A stretch of DNA of 64,000 bases, taken from positions 2,170,001-2,234,000 of the forward strand of contig CATNEN010000003.1 in NCBI GenBank assembly GCA_950097015.1. Reading direction: 5' to 3'. How positions within the stretch are numbered: the stretch's first letter is position 1; the number at the start of each line of letters is the position of its first letter. Origin of the DNA: Macrostomum hystrix. Its lineage: Eukaryota > Animalia > Platyhelminthes. The position numbers were made by a program, and so were the translations under genes. Below are positions 34,217 through 46,800 of this stretch, one piece after another. The notes beneath the pieces are model-generated. The model was not told the DNA's origin, did no database searches, and saw nothing but the letters and a program-made list of their open reading frames with translations.

Positions 34217-37200
34217 CAACAACAACAACAACAAAGGACGACAACCCAAGGCCGAAGCCAGAGGGGCTGCCGTCAAAAGGCACGCGCAAGAGCAGAGTGG
34301 CGCAGAATTGTCAGTCCACGAGGGTCAGAGATCTCAGCGTCAGTCAATAGCAGTTCAGGATAGCGTAGCGCCCTCGCCTGACCACGCCGCCGGGGCCCCT
34401 GCAGGGAAAGCAGCAGCACGTCCTGCAGTGGCTCGGGGCAGCGCTGCTCCGCACGGATGACGTGGCCAGCCAGCTGCAGGCGCCGGATGCGCAGCAGCTG
34501 ACTTGGCCGGCAGAGCTGGGCCCGGCGATAGAGCTCATCTTTGCTGGTGTTGGTGACGGCAGTCGGCGAATAGTGGACGCCGAAGGCGGCTCGCAGGAGT
34601 CCGGCGTGGGCGGCATCGAGTTGCTTCTCCTGTGTGCCGTTCAGAGTCCACGTTTGAGCGTTGTAGAGAAAGACGGTCTCTATGACGGCTTGAAACAACC
34701 GCCCTCTCAGCCGATCCGGCAGCGTGGGGCACTGCAGGACAGTCCGCAGGGTGCGAAAGGCTGCCCAGGCAAGCGCCCTGCGTCGCGCCATGTCGTCCAG
34801 GATGTCGGGCACTTGACCGCCGAGATAGATGAAGGTCTCGCAGCGCGGCAGCAATGCCGCTTGCCCATTTACGCTGTGGCAGAGGATCTCGCCGTTGAGG
34901 TCATTTGGGACGGTCAGCACCATTGTTTTCTTGGTGTTCACGGACAGCCCGACCATTGCCGCCGCCGCAGTCAGCTTGTCCAGCAGATGCTGAGCACCTT
35001 CGATTGAGCTGGACAGCAGCGCCAGGTCGTCCGCGTACGCCAGGACAGAGAGTCGTCTTTCGGGGTGTCGGCTGCTTGTCCTGCGACAGAGCAGAAAGCC
35101 GTTGGCGTCGTCAGGGAGGCCAGTGCGCAGCACCCAGTCCAGGACCAGGACGAACAGAAAGGGGGCGAGTGTGTCGCCCTGCAGCACACCGGAGGTCGTG
35201 TCGAAGAAATCGGATAGGCCGTCCGGCGTCACAACTGCCGCCCTGGTCTCCTGGTACAGGGCCATCACAGCCGTTACCAGCTGCTCAGGCACATGGTACG
35301 CGCGCAGGATCTTCGGGATGACCCGTCTCGACACCGAGTCGAAGGCCTTTAGAAAATCCACGAAGATGCAGATGACCGCCGACTGGTGGATACGGGTCTC
35401 TTCTAAAATGCGGCGCAAAGCGAGAATCTGATTCACCGTGCCCCTACCTGGCCGGAAGCCGTTTTGCTCTCGCCGGAGGAACGGGTCCAACACAGGTTGC
35501 AGCAGCGTCAGCAGCACCCTGTTGTACAGCTTCGCGGCGCAGGACATTAGGGATATTCCGCGATGCTCTTCGACCTTGACAGTTCCGGGCTTCTTCGGGA
35601 TCCCGACGATGTGCGCCGTCCGCCATTCAGCGGGGGCGGGACCTCCCGCCAGCACGCAGTTCATCACTTGCGTGACTTCTTGCGCCACCAGCGGGAGGCG
35701 CAACACTTCGACAGGCACGTCATCGGGTCCGGTGGCTTTGCCGCCCGGTGTCTTCTTAGCGAGCAGAAGCACCTCGTCAATGGTGATAGGACTGGTGTTG
35801 AAAGAGCTTTCTTCTGGCAGTGCGACCTCTGCGGGCAGTGACATGTCGTCTCTTGGCGGCGGTGGAGACGCGTTAACGATGCCAGAGAAAAAGGCTTTTA
35901 GTTCGTTTCGCCTCTCTTCGGGCGTGTCACCAGACAGGTTCAGCGTACTGCGCCGTTTACGGCCTGTCAATTGGTTTACAACAGACCAAACAGCACGGGG
36001 CTTCTTGTCGGGGCCGGCGTCAGTAATTTCTTGAATTGCGGCCTCAACAGCGGCGCGTTGCCGGGCCTTAAAAACCTCTGCTAAGGCTTTCTCAGCTTCC
36101 TCCGCAGGCTGTCCGCTCCTCCGCAGTCTTTCCACAGTTTGCCGGGCCTGTCGCAGCGCCTCGTCGTTTTGCCACACAGGCTGACCGCTTGCTACTGGTT
36201 TCACCAGAGGCAGCGTTTTAGTAGCGGCAGCCTGGACAGCGCTGCTGACGTCCGAGTATTTGGCAGGTGCTGCTGGTTCCGGTCGTTTGTCTAGCGCGTC
36301 GGCAAAGGCCAGGCAGAAACGGCCTCTTGTGCTTGGGTCGCGCAAGGCGCGGAAAAAGCGCTTTGGCTGCCGCTTCGGTGGTCGGTATAGTGGGTGCCTA
36401 AGGCGCAGTTCACAGTAAAGCAGTCTATGGTCAGACCGAATTGCCAAAGGTGCCACCGTGTCGCAGTTGACTGCACGGCGCCGTTCCCGCCAGCGGATTA
36501 GAATGTGGTCCAGCTGTGCGAGTCTTTTTGTGGCAAACTTTCCACTGGCGTTCCGGGTCGGGCGCTTGCATCCAGTGAACGTTGCCAGTCTCACAGCTGG
36601 TTTCCTAAAGAGAGTGTTCGCTGAGACCAGATCGTGCCGGTCCACGAAATCCATTAGTGCATCGGTGTTGTTGTTTTCGCGCGGGGTGACAAAGAGAGCT
36701 CGTTCAGATTTTCGCATAACAGCGTTGAGGTCTCCAAGCACCAGCACTGAGTCACGCTGAGCAACCGCCTCCAGTTGCGCCGAGAGGAACTCCAGAAATT
36801 GACGGTGCTCCGTCGGGTGCGCAGCTGTGGGTGCATAGGCACAGAATAAGTGAATATTACGGGTGCGGAGACGAAGGTCGACTCGTAGTAGTCTTGGCGA
36901 TAAGCTTTCGCATCGAAAACATTTCTGTAGCCGTGGGCTGGTGAGGACACCAACTCCTCCTCGGCCTTTTGCGTCTGCTGAAGTGAACTGAAGGAGCCAG
37001 CCGCCACCGAGGTGCTCCTGATGGAGCCCAGGATCGGTTTTAATAGATAGCTCCTGCAGCATTACAATGTCTAGTTGCAGATCGGTAGCTAATTTTGCCA
37101 GTAGATGTTGCCTCCAACCTGCTCGCAGAGTCCGGCAGTTCCAAGTCGCGACTCTTAGTTGTTGTTTCTGTTTATGCGGCGTGCAATTTGGTTCAGCTTG

Positions 37201-37441
37201 GATCCGTTGGTTGTGGACCTCTAGGTCCCCAGCGCCACCCGGAGGAACCGTACCACTGCGCATAGAGGTTCTGCCAGCAGTGCGACGCTCGCGGGCACGG
37301 TGTCGGCCACGGCAGTTTCGCTCGCGGCGTCGTTCAATACGCCGACGCACACTGCGTTGTCCTCGTCTGCAGGGTGGTGTGCCGCTCTTGGCAGCCGCAG
37401 CAGGTGCGCGGCTCTCCGTACCAAATACCAATACCAAATCT
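34217..37441 (-). mobile_element. RTE-clade non-LTR retrotransposon
   Basis: 12-bp TSD CTCAATACCAAA (34205-34216 and 37442-37453), a (GTT)n 3' tail and a single APE-RT ORF. Confidence 0.9.
34273..37263 (-). CDS. RTE polyprotein (AP endonuclease plus RT), intact
   Basis: Motifs ATWNCRTL, LQEL, GDLNA, SDH, GVLQGD and YADD. The first ATG inside the element is at 37263; the ORF-track start at 37563 lies outside the TSD. Confidence 0.9.
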   Translation of the reverse strand: MRSGTVPPGGAGDLEVHNQRIQAEPNCTPHKQKQQLRVATWNCRTLRAGWRQHLLAKLATDLQLDIVMLQELSIKTDPGLHQEHLGGGWLLQFTSADAKGRGGVGVLTSPRLQKCFRCESLSPRLLRVDLRLRTRNIHLFCAYAPTAAHPTEHRQFLEFLSAQLEAVAQRDSVLVLGDLNAVMRKSERALFVTPRENNNTDALMDFVDRHDLVSANTLFRKPAVRLATFTGCKRPTRNASGKFATKRLAQLDHILIRWRERRRAVNCDTVAPLAIRSDHRLLYCELRLRHPLYRPPKRQPKRFFRALRDPSTRGRFCLAFADALDKRPEPAAPAKYSDVSSAVQAAATKTLPLVKPVASGQPVWQNDEALRQARQTVERLRRSGQPAEEAEKALAEVFKARQRAAVEAAIQEITDAGPDKKPRAVWSVVNQLTGRKRRSTLNLSGDTPEERRNELKAFFSGIVNASPPPPRDDMSLPAEVALPEESSFNTSPITIDEVLLLAKKTPGGKATGPDDVPVEVLRLPLVAQEVTQVMNCVLAGGPAPAEWRTAHIVGIPKKPGTVKVEEHRGISLMSCAAKLYNRVLLTLLQPVLDPFLRREQNGFRPGRGTVNQILALRRILEETRIHQSAVICIFVDFLKAFDSVSRRVIPKILRAYHVPEQLVTAVMALYQETRAAVVTPDGLSDFFDTTSGVLQGDTLAPFLFVLVLDWVLRTGLPDDANGFLLCRRTSSRHPERRLSVLAYADDLALLSSSIEGAQHLLDKLTAAAAMVGLSVNTKKTMVLTVPNDLNGEILCHSVNGQAALLPRCETFIYLGGQVPDILDDMARRRALAWAAFRTLRTVLQCPTLPDRLRGRLFQAVIETVFLYNAQTWTLNGTQEKQLDAAHAGLLRAAFGVHYSPTAVTNTSKDELYRRAQLCRPSQLLRIRRLQLAGHVIRAEQRCPEPLQDVLLLSLQGPRRRGQARALRYPELLLTDAEISDPRGLTILRHSALARAF

Positions 37442-37727
37442 CTCAATACCAAAAGCATGTTGTAATTCAAGTGCATGTTCCACCTATTACTTTGGCTCAC
37501 TTTAGTCATCACAAATGGCATGCTATATATGTATGCTGTCGCTATTTTACTATCCAACACCAAAACAAAGACAGATGCATGTGGTCCACTGCAGCGATCA
37601 TTATTTCTGGAGCCGGCTATGCGCAGCTGCCGGGGGGTATTGCACCGGTTTCTCGTCGCCAGCTTTCAATGCAATCTTGGTGGGGGATTGCTTCAAGGTA
37701 TCCAGGGTGCCGGGCGGGGCGCTTTCT

Positions 37728-37921
37728 GAATACGTATGTACGCCCTATTGTAACCTCTGTGGAACGTCCCAATACGTCCCATTGCGACCTCCTGGAGACG
37801 TCCCCAAATTAGGTATAAAGAATGTATCCGTGACTCTCGTTTCTTCGTCCCCGGGGACGTATCAAGGGGACCTAATGGGGACGTCTCCGTTACGTCCAGA
37901 TACGTAAAATTGTTATACGTG
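37728..37921. mobile_element. Right terminus of an EnSpm-type element with GACGTCCC subterminal repeats
   Basis: Clustered ACGTCCC/GGGGACGT repeats ending in ...TATACGTG (reverse complement CACGTA). Probably the end of the element that carries 31132-33158. Confidence 0.55.
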
Positions 37922-38157
37922 TCAAATAGTTAATAATTGTTAGGCCTATTAAACTCCAATTTATTCATGTATTTTGTGGATGCTTTCTGGCAGAAAAAAC
38001 CCAGGATTCATCCATTGACAGCATATCTGGTATTAATATTCTAATAATATTTTTATATCTAAAAATGTGAGCTCCTTTATACTCTTGTACTTTGTATGAT
38101 CTGGCTAATATGGTAATATGTATGTATATGTGTATTATATTGTTTGGTTTATATAAT

Positions 38158-38827
38158 TGAAATGGTTAGGGAGTTTTGCAAGCCACTGACCTGCCCTCGT
38201 GAAAGGTGGGAGCTTGGAGATGGCGATAGAGTCGAATGGCTATCTGCCTGGCTACTCGCGAGATGCCGCGGAGAGAGGGTGAGGAGGAAAGAGGAGACGA
38301 GGAGGTCCGATGGATGCAGGGAGTGGTCCTATCGGCCTCAGGCTGGCCAGTCCCACTCGTCCCATAGGCCACAGGCATGACTGCCGTGCCTACCCCAAGC
38401 AATGCTCGAAACCGGCGAAAAGTCTAACGGGGGCGTCGGATTGCCCGGAATCGGACAAGACAGGGCCTGGGTAGCCTACTGTCGTCAGTAGTGCGGTACG
38501 CCACTGACTCCTAGCTTTGGTAGCGGTGGTCGAACTGGTCTAGGCTCTTGCCACAGAACTGCGGAAAGGCTATCGGCAAAGCGGATAGATGATCTAGGGT
38601 AGCGCCACCACCCAATGCGCCTACGTTGCCACCGCAGGCATTTGGGAACTTGGGTCCCCGGAGTACACAGCTCCTAGTTTATCACGCAGATCTTGACAAG
38701 CCGAAAATAGGGCATTCTGCAACTTCCGTTTTATACTGGGGTGAAAGCCCCAGAATGGATCGAGACACGCCTCAAAGGGGATTCCTGAATTCGCGCTACA
38801 GGGGTCTAGAAAGGTGATTACGCAAGC
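38158..38827 (-). mobile_element. Partial family-1 LTR (3' part), inverted
   Basis: Reverse complement of the last ~650 bp of the LTR, with a microhomology deletion near 38815. Confidence 0.9.
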
Positions 38828-39013
38828 TGCCAAGCTTGGCACATGGCATAATATTATAATATAATATTATAATATAATATTATATAATTATAATATAATT
38901 ACAATATGCCATTTATTATGCCATTATATAAATATAATAATATTTATATTGATTTAGTTTTATGCCTAATAAATAACTGTATTTATGAATAATTAACAGA
39001 ATTATTTTTTCCA

Positions 39014-39740
39014 GGGTGAATACAACCTTTTGTATTTACAATCTAAGTTATGTCAAAATGAACTGCCCAGCGACAAATTAGGCATAGAACAGAAAACCTA
39101 CTCCTAGATCTTAATGCCCAATCTGATGACAGTTTTGAATCTGGTTTAATTCAAGACCAGGAAGCCTTTGCTTTAGAACCAGAAAATGCTACTGAATTTG
39201 ATGGTGGAGACTTTGTTCTGCCAGTTGATAATGAAACATGTAGCTCATCAACAAGTTCTATTACATCTACTGGGACTTCCCTTGTAGGAAAGCTAAGAAA
39301 TTGGGCAATTGGCCACAATATTACACTAAGTGTTCTTACTAGTTTGCTCAAGATTCTAGTATTTTATTTTCCATTCTTGCCACTATCTGGGCGGACTCTT
39401 TTGAAAACTCCTCAAAGCATTGAGCTCATTCCCATGGGAGTTGGTAACTTTGCATACTTTGGATTGAATGACATTATAAAGACAATCAAGTCAGCTCAAA
39501 CTAATTCCAAGTTGCAGCAGATTCAGATAGGTATTGATGGCCTGCCAATTTTCAAGAGTACAAGAGCAGAATTTTAGCCAATTTTGGCTACTTTGGAAAA
39601 GTCTGAACCTTTTATTGTGGCACTATTTTATGGAACTGGCAAACCACCTGTTGATGAGTTCTTACATCAGTTAGTCTTTGATCTTCATCAAGTTGATGAT
39701 CTGGCTAATGTATCATTTATTTGTGACGCCCCTGCTCGCT
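39014..39740 (+). pseudogene. EnSpm-type transposase fragment (N-terminal part)
   Basis: Motifs LRNWAI, RTLLKTP, IGIDGLPIFKS...F*PIL, LFYGTGKP and FICDAPAR, truncated by the adjacent Gypsy fragment. Confidence 0.8.
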
Positions 39741-39747
39741 GATTCGC

Positions 39748-40764
39748 TGATTACGCATGGCTGCCCTCTAATGAGCCAGGAGATGCTAAGAGTCGCCCCC
39801 CTTGTAGGTTTGCATTCGAAAGTAGGCCGGTGTGGCCTGGAGTGGTTCAAAGGAGGAACCTCTACCTGGTTTCTATTGTTGTTTGCCCTGATGTTTTTGT
39901 TATCCAGTATGCGCCACGAGTAACTTTTGTTTTAACAGTGTCTTGTTCGTGGTTTCGTGTTTGTTTTGTAGCTTGATGTTTTTTCTTGTTGATTGTGAAA
40001 TAAATAAAAAGGACTTACGTGAGTTTTGATTATGTGCGGCTGACGGCCAGCCGGTGTTGACCGTCATCCTATAGCTGGAGGAGAATGATGTGCTGAAGTC
40101 TGCTGAGCAGCCTCCAGGCAATCTGTGGAGTCAGAGCTGCCCTTGGTCTGTGGGCTGGGGGGCTGGGGTGTAGGTAGTTTGTGGTTCCCTTGCACATTCA
40201 CCTCCGCTCGCCACCCCCCTCCTCTTTCTCTCTCTTGTTCCAGCTCTGTCTGCGCAGAGTCATATTGCACGCCATGGTGCAATCGCTTCGGTTCGGAAGA
40301 AGACTGGCAGAAGAACGCCCAAATGCTCCTACTATAAGTAGAGCACAGTCCGACGAAAACACCGAATGGTGTTAGCATTGTGGCAGCACATATTCTCTAC
40401 TTTGATGGCACTGTTAGGACTGTTTTGCTACATGCGTTTTCGTTTTCGTTTCCGTTTCGTTCAGAGACTAAATTCTTAAGTTAGAGACTGCACTTGAAGC
40501 TTTGACTCTGACTTTGCTTTGTGTGTAAGTCACAAAGACTAAGGTACGCTATTTGCTAAGGTGGAAATTATTCCATACTTAGAGGAGCCCCGTGTCCCAC
40601 AGGAAGGCCCAGTAATGAGGAAACTAGCCAATCTAGCATGACTACTAGGTTGTTGTACTGCAAGGAAGCACAGTGTTGAGGCCGGTATAAACTCCTCTCT
40701 GAATCTAGCTCCTGTCTTGGTTATTTTCACCAATTGTGTGTTCCACGCTACCACAGGTACAACA
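39748..40764 (+). mobile_element. 3' fragment of a Gypsy-A relative: 3' UTR, PPT and LTR (40086-40764)
   Basis: GGAGGAGAA|TGATGTGC...GGTACAACA, homologous to 5857-6610. The left boundary is approximate. Confidence 0.85.
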
Positions 40765-40954
40765 TAATGAAATGCAATCGTGCATATTGTACTAATTGTA
40801 CATAAACTGCTCACTAGTAATCGAGTCTGGTCAGAAAAACATCCTCTCCTGTGTTTACGTCTTCCTTACATTAATTTTCTAATCTTAAAATTCAGAACAT
40901 CGCCAAAAGCCATACATGCTACTCAGAGTAAGCTGTGTGTCTATCCACCGAAAG

Positions 40955-41186
40955 TAATTGCAATCGGATTGCGCCAGAAATTGCATAAATTACAATTCAA
41001 TTGGTCTAAATTGCAAAACTCACAATCCGCGTGTGCAAAATTGCTAAAATTGCAATTTCGATTGTAATCAGCTTATCTAAAATTGCAATTGACGTGCACG
41101 CAATTGGCAATTATTGTACAATTTCGGCAAGTAGATTGCAATTTTCGACAATTTCTTGTAATTTCGATCGACTAGGGAGGGCTGGC
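40955..41186. repeat. AAATTGCAAT subterminal-type repeats ending in CTAGGGAGGGCTGG (DNA transposon end)
   Basis: More than 10 degenerate AATTGCAA copies in close succession. Confidence 0.55.
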
Positions 41187-41340
41187 TCCCAAAAATACAC
41201 TACGGAGATACGAAACACGCTTTAACATTGAATAACTCGCAGACGCTTTAATGAATCAGTCAGAAATTTTACACATCTAAGCAACTCGATTGCATCAGAG
41301 GTTTCGTAAATTCTCATTGCGATTGATGCAGTAGACGTGT

Positions 41341-42180
41341 CCCACTGGGAACGGTTATGTCGTTACGACGTCGTTTCGACATTGCACGTCGCATAGAAAA
41401 AGTTAAAAAAAAATTTTTCTTAAAATCACGATGCACTGAGCCGCAAAAATTTTTTTTGCATTGAAGGCAAACGCAGACCCTAAAATAAAATTCTTTGCTA
41501 CGTCGTATTTATGCTGCACTAAATACTTTCGTTGCGACCTGAATGCCTCTGCGTGGTCAGATCTTCTCAACTCGTGACGAAGTCATCAATGCCACCAATC
41601 AGTCGCTTAGTCAGCTGAAGGCTGACTTCTGGGAGGCTGGCTTCGACGCGCTAATTGAGCGCTATAAGAAGTGCATCTCCATCGATGGCGAGTACGTAGA
41701 GCGCGCATGCTGTCAGCCTCGCGACACAGCCCACTGGGAAGGGTGTTGTCGAAGCGACGTCGATTCGACGACACCATGGCGAATTCATGTTTACCAAACA
41801 TTTTTTTACTTTGTAGTTTAATCAACTGTAGCCGCATTGGAAATAGAAAAAATTATACCCCAGGACTAAATACTGCATATTTCACTATGTCGAATTTATA
41901 GAGATTCAACGATTAAATTCAACGTCGTATTTGTTATGTCGATTCCACGTGGAATCAACTTGATTGAGCTAAGGAAATTAATATTTTCTCTTTTCATCGG
42001 AGCAGGTATCTTCTAGCAAATGTAAGTGCATTGACTAAGACAGTACCCAACTAAAATGAATAATAAAAAAATCATCATAACGGTTTTTTAGAGAACATGC
42101 GAGGTAAATTCGACGTCACATTTTCCATAGTGATTCGACGTCGATATCACGACGAAATGGGTCATTTATTGACAGTCGGT
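41341..42180. mobile_element. EnSpm-type left-end fragments with CGACGTCG repeats
   Basis: CCCACTGGGAA at 41341 and 41731, each followed by GACGTCG-type repeats. Confidence 0.45.
41543..41705 (+). pseudogene. Mariner transposase C-terminal fragment
   Basis: LRGQIFSTRDEV...FWEAGFDALIERYKKCISIDGEYVE matches the typical mariner C-terminus. Confidence 0.85.
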
Positions 42181-42758
42181 TTGTCGGATTCAATGGAATA
42201 GTGAATTACTTTTGTGCCGTTTGCGGCATTATTAAATCGTTAAAAGCAAAATCTCAACAATATTAACATGAAAAACTTGAATCTTACCTTCAAAATTCCA
42301 AGGTTTTTTGCATTGAAGGCAAACGCAGACACTAAAATAAAATTCTTTGCGCCTGGAAATATGCCGGCCTAATCAATTAAAATTTCAGAAACGTGTTAAC
42401 CTACATACTTTGAATTTGAGGCATTAAAAATAATATTTGACAGAAACATATATTGTACCGCTGTTCCTTGTTCATTCTGCTTCATTTATAGATTTTGTAT
42501 GTTAGTACTCAAAGCAATTTCGCAGTTTGTATTTGTTTTAGAACATGTTCTTTCGCAAAAATATGTTCATCATCGTATCGTTAGTATTTTTGGAAAAAAA
42601 CGGTCATTATTTTTCATTCACAGGTATTCAATACAATATATAGATAATATATAGTCTTTTCGCGAAAAAAATGCACTCATGACTCTTGGCAATTTGCAGA
42701 AATACTAAATAGGTCTATGGTTAAAAATGTACAAGATACTTAGTCTAATAATATGCAT

Positions 42759-44008
42759 GTATTTTCGCGAAAATACCTTAAGATATAGCCACGCATATAA
42801 CCTACTTTAATAACTTTTGCAAAAATACCGCCAACTACCTTTGTTTAATAGCATAGCAGTATTTTCGCGAAAATACCTTAAGATATAGCCACGCATATAA
42901 CCTAATTTAATAACTTATGCAAAAATACCGCCAACTACCTTTGTTTAATAGCATAGCAGTATTTTCGCGAAAATACCTTAAGATGTAGCCATGCACACTA
43001 CTTTAATAACTTTTGCAAAAATACCGCAAACTACCTTTACTACCTGCGTTTAATAGCATAGCAGTATTTTCGCGAAAATACCATAATATGTAGCCATGCA
43101 CACTACCTACTTTAATAACTTTTGCAAAAATACCGCCAACTACCTTTGTTTAATAGCATAGCAGTATTTTCGCGAAAATACCTTAAGATATAGCCACGCA
43201 TATAACCTAATTTAATAACTTATGCAAAAATACCGCCAACTACCTTTGTTTAATAGCATAGCAGTATTTTCGCGAAAATACCTTAAGATATAGCCACGCA
43301 CACAACTTCAAGATCTTTTGCAAAAATACCGCCAACTACCTTTGTTTAATAGCATAGCAGTATTTTCGCGAAAATACCATAATATGTAGCCATGCACACT
43401 ACCTACTTTAATAACTTTTGCAAAAATACCGCCAACTACCTGTGTTTAATAGCATAGCAGTATTTTCGCGAAAATACCATAAGATATAGCCACACATATA
43501 ACCTACTTTAAGAACTTTTGCAAAAATACCGCCAACTACCTTTGTTTAATAGCATAGCAGTATTTTCGCGAAAATACCATAATATGTAGCCATGCACACT
43601 ACCTACTTTAATAACTTTTGCAAAAATACCGCCAATTACCTGTGTTTAATAGCATAGCAGTATTTTCGCGAAAATACCTTAAGATATAGCCACACATATA
43701 ACCTACTTTAAGATCTTTTGCAAAAATACCGCCAACTACCTTTGTTTAATAGCATAGCAGTATTTTCGCGAAAATACCATAATATGTAGCCATGCACACT
43801 ACCTACTTTAATAACTTTTGCAAAAATACCGCCAACTACCTGTGTTTAATAGCATAGCAGTATTTTCGCGAAAATACCTTAAGATATAGCCACGCACACA
43901 ACTTCAAGATCTTTTGCAAAAATACCGCCAACTACCTTTGTTTAATAGCATAGCAGTATTTTCGCGAAAATACCTTAACATATACTCTAACTTTTGCAAA
44001 AATACCGC
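42759..44008. repeat. ~100-bp tandem array, 13 copies, each with the palindrome GTATTTTCGCGAAAATAC
   Basis: The palindrome starts at 42759, 42859, 42959, 43064, 43164, 43264, 43360, 43460, 43560, 43660, 43760, 43860 and 43956. A second palindrome, TTTTGCAAAA, occurs in most units. Confidence 0.95.
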
Positions 44009-44399
44009 TATTTACTTTCGGATAAAAGTCGTTATTTTATTTTCGCGATAACACCTATAAATGAATTTTATTATTTAATACTTTGACACTTTGCATATAC
44101 CTTCGTTTGAATGCGTAATACTATATATAGTAATAAGAAATATGATTTTTTTGCAACAGAAGTAGCAATTACCTACTTCACAACAATAAAAGCTCAAAAC
44201 TGAGCATATAAATTGATTTTATTTTTGTTTGACTAATTATAAAATTGCATACAAAAACAGTATGAAACAGTAAAAAATATAAAAAAACAGCTGAAAGACT
44301 GACTGACTAAATGACCGAGTAAAAATATAGTCGATAAAATAGCAGCATGCAGGCAGTTTGGTGTAAAAAAAAAACCTGCTAGCAGCACCTGCTTGTCGC

Positions 44400-46763
44400 T
44401 CATACTCGCCGGTCCGGGTGATCGCCAAACACATTGCATATTGGGTGGCATTGTCCATCGCATTGGTAGTCGGGCTTGAGAGAATGACCAACGAAGATGG
44501 GAACTACAGGACGCTTGTGCCCATCAGGTGTCGGTTCTAATCGGCGCTGAAAGTCCTCCGAATACGCACTGACCGGAGCATGCCCAGCAAGCACTAATAG
44601 TCGATCGAGCCAAGAGACGTGTCGAATAGCCTTGTATTTGGCATTGACTTCAAAAGTGTCTCCATTGATCAATCGAAGTAGTGTGCACATGACTTCAGAT
44701 GAGTCATCAAACAGATTCGGGCGTAGCTCGTCAATAAACATGGCAGTGTGTATATCCTCGCAGAGCTTGTCAAACAGAAACGTGTTAGACCGCTTCTGCA
44801 CCTGGACAGTCAGCACCTTCGTAGAACCGAGATGGCTTTGCACAGAGTGTGTCTTCCCAACGCCAGACGGGCCGTATAGATAGACGACACCAGTTGGCGA
44901 TTGTAACGATCTGCACACAGCCTTTACTGTTGGGCACACGTTGGTGGCGGCGATCAACCGGGGAACATGAGCGACGGCGGCATCAGGAAATTGGACAGCA
45001 TCAGCAGCAGCAGGGACCTGTTGGATGGTAGGTAGTTTTGCATATAATTAATTAATTGTCGAATATAAATTATTTTTTTGATTCAAAGGAACAGCAAAAA
45101 TTCAAGTAATCTTATGGCTTATAATATTTTGCATACCTCCAGCTCAATAGGCCTGGTCGTCCTCAAGTAGTCGGCTGTTGCAGCACCATCAGCAGCAGCG
45201 GCGGCGGCATCGGCAGTAGGGCGACAGTTTTGGCAACCAGCTAGCACCTCTGTTGCTATCACGCGTTTCATCTGGGTCACCTTAAAGTAATCACCGAGCT
45301 CTTGTCGGACGCGAAAGTGTTCAAACATGAAGCCTCTATTTAGCGAAGGCTCAGTTTTCGACGCCTCATGAGCAGCAACCCAGCAAAAGGCCTTGGCCAG
45401 CAAGCTGCACTCTTGAATAGAAACGCGGTATAGAACGGGATCCTCGTCCATACTGGTAGCTAGCTTAATTGCACTTGATGCACTGCGTACACCAGACACT
45501 GTCATTCTACACATTGTAGGATGCAGGTAGGCCGAAGCTTCCGCAGATTCCATCAAAAGGGCATGCAGTCCGCAGTAAACAGTGTAACCATCTTCTGGTT
45601 GGCGCAGGTTCAGGAACATCAGCAAACCATTGGGATGATTCGGAGCTCCTAAACATTCACGGATTGACATGTTGTATTTCTGCTGACGACGCGCTCGGAT
45701 TTCTTCGCTGGTCAGCATGTCAACCTGAATACATGATGTTGCGCCGATGGCAAACTGTGCACATGGAGCTCTCAATTCAATTTCTAGAAACGACTTGAAT
45801 TTTTCCACATCGCTCGAGATGAATGCAATCTCTATAAGATGTAGCGTCCTTCTAGTCATAAGAACCGACCTGCCCTCTGCTGTTAAAGAGGCGTAGTCGG
45901 TAATTGGAGCTCGAGGACATAGCCGTAGAAGTGGTGATGTCGAACGACACAACGCATATTCATCGGCTATCGGAGCAAATGCCACGCCATCGTCTTGCTG
46001 CTGCTGCCGTTCACGCCCTTGTATCTGCTGCCGCATCTGCTGCCGCCACTGCTGCTGCTGCGGCTGTTGCTGTGGTTGTTGCTCTCGCCGTTGATGCTGC
46101 TGCTGCTGCTGCTGCTGCGATTGCTGCAGTCGTCCCGACTGTTGCGCTGTTGGTTGAGAAGCGTCGACATACACTGGAGAGAATACAGCGCGAACTGGTT
46201 CATCAGTATCGGATGTTGTCCTATTCTCGATGACAGACATTGCCGGTGTAGAGCGAGGCGCATAATCTGGCGAAGTCGGACAGGCACCAAGTGCGGCACT
46301 AGTTTTAGGAATAGTCGACTCGCCATTTGCGCGCAATAATTCTGCCACCTCCGTTTTGTATCTATCATCGACTAGCTGCGATGATGAGGCTGAACTATTA
46401 GAGGCCGTCAAAACGGGGGCAGTATTTGACTCTACATTGTCGGTATTGCTGATGAACTCGTCCATAATCTCCAGCTGTACGTCGTCTGCTAGCAAGTCGT
46501 CCGCTGATTCATCTTCAGATGATAGCACTTTAGGCGTGGACTCTATGCGATCAGCATGGTCGCCGGCGCCACAAATTGGTTGGGCAGCAATAACCAGAGG
46601 CTGTCGCATGGCTACTAGAGATCCAACGCCAGTGTCTTCAGCATCAGACGACGATGAATTGCTAGACGAAGCATCCAAATCGACAACTGTACGCGTCCGC
46701 TTGCGTAGAGTCGATCGGGCATATCGACGCTTCCGAATTGCACTCGATGGGACAGTCTGCTTC

Positions 46764-46800
<37 letters not shown>

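Noticed and set aside
37264-37420. HDV-like ribozyme in the RTE 5' UTR
   Set aside because: Hairpins are present, but I could not assemble the P1/P1.1/P2/P3 double pseudoknot by eye.
37264-37563. N-terminal 100 aa of the 1096-aa RTE ORF
   Set aside because: The start lies outside the TSD in flanking DNA. The first ATG inside the element is at 37263.
38815-39757. TGATTACGCA at 38815 and 39748 as a TSD around the transposase fragment
   Set aside because: The first occurrence is family-1 LTR sequence brought in by an internal deletion, and there are no TIRs between the two.
42759-44008. CRISPR array
   Set aside because: The sequences between palindromes are near-identical variants rather than unique spacers. 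There are no cas genes and the context is eukaryotic.
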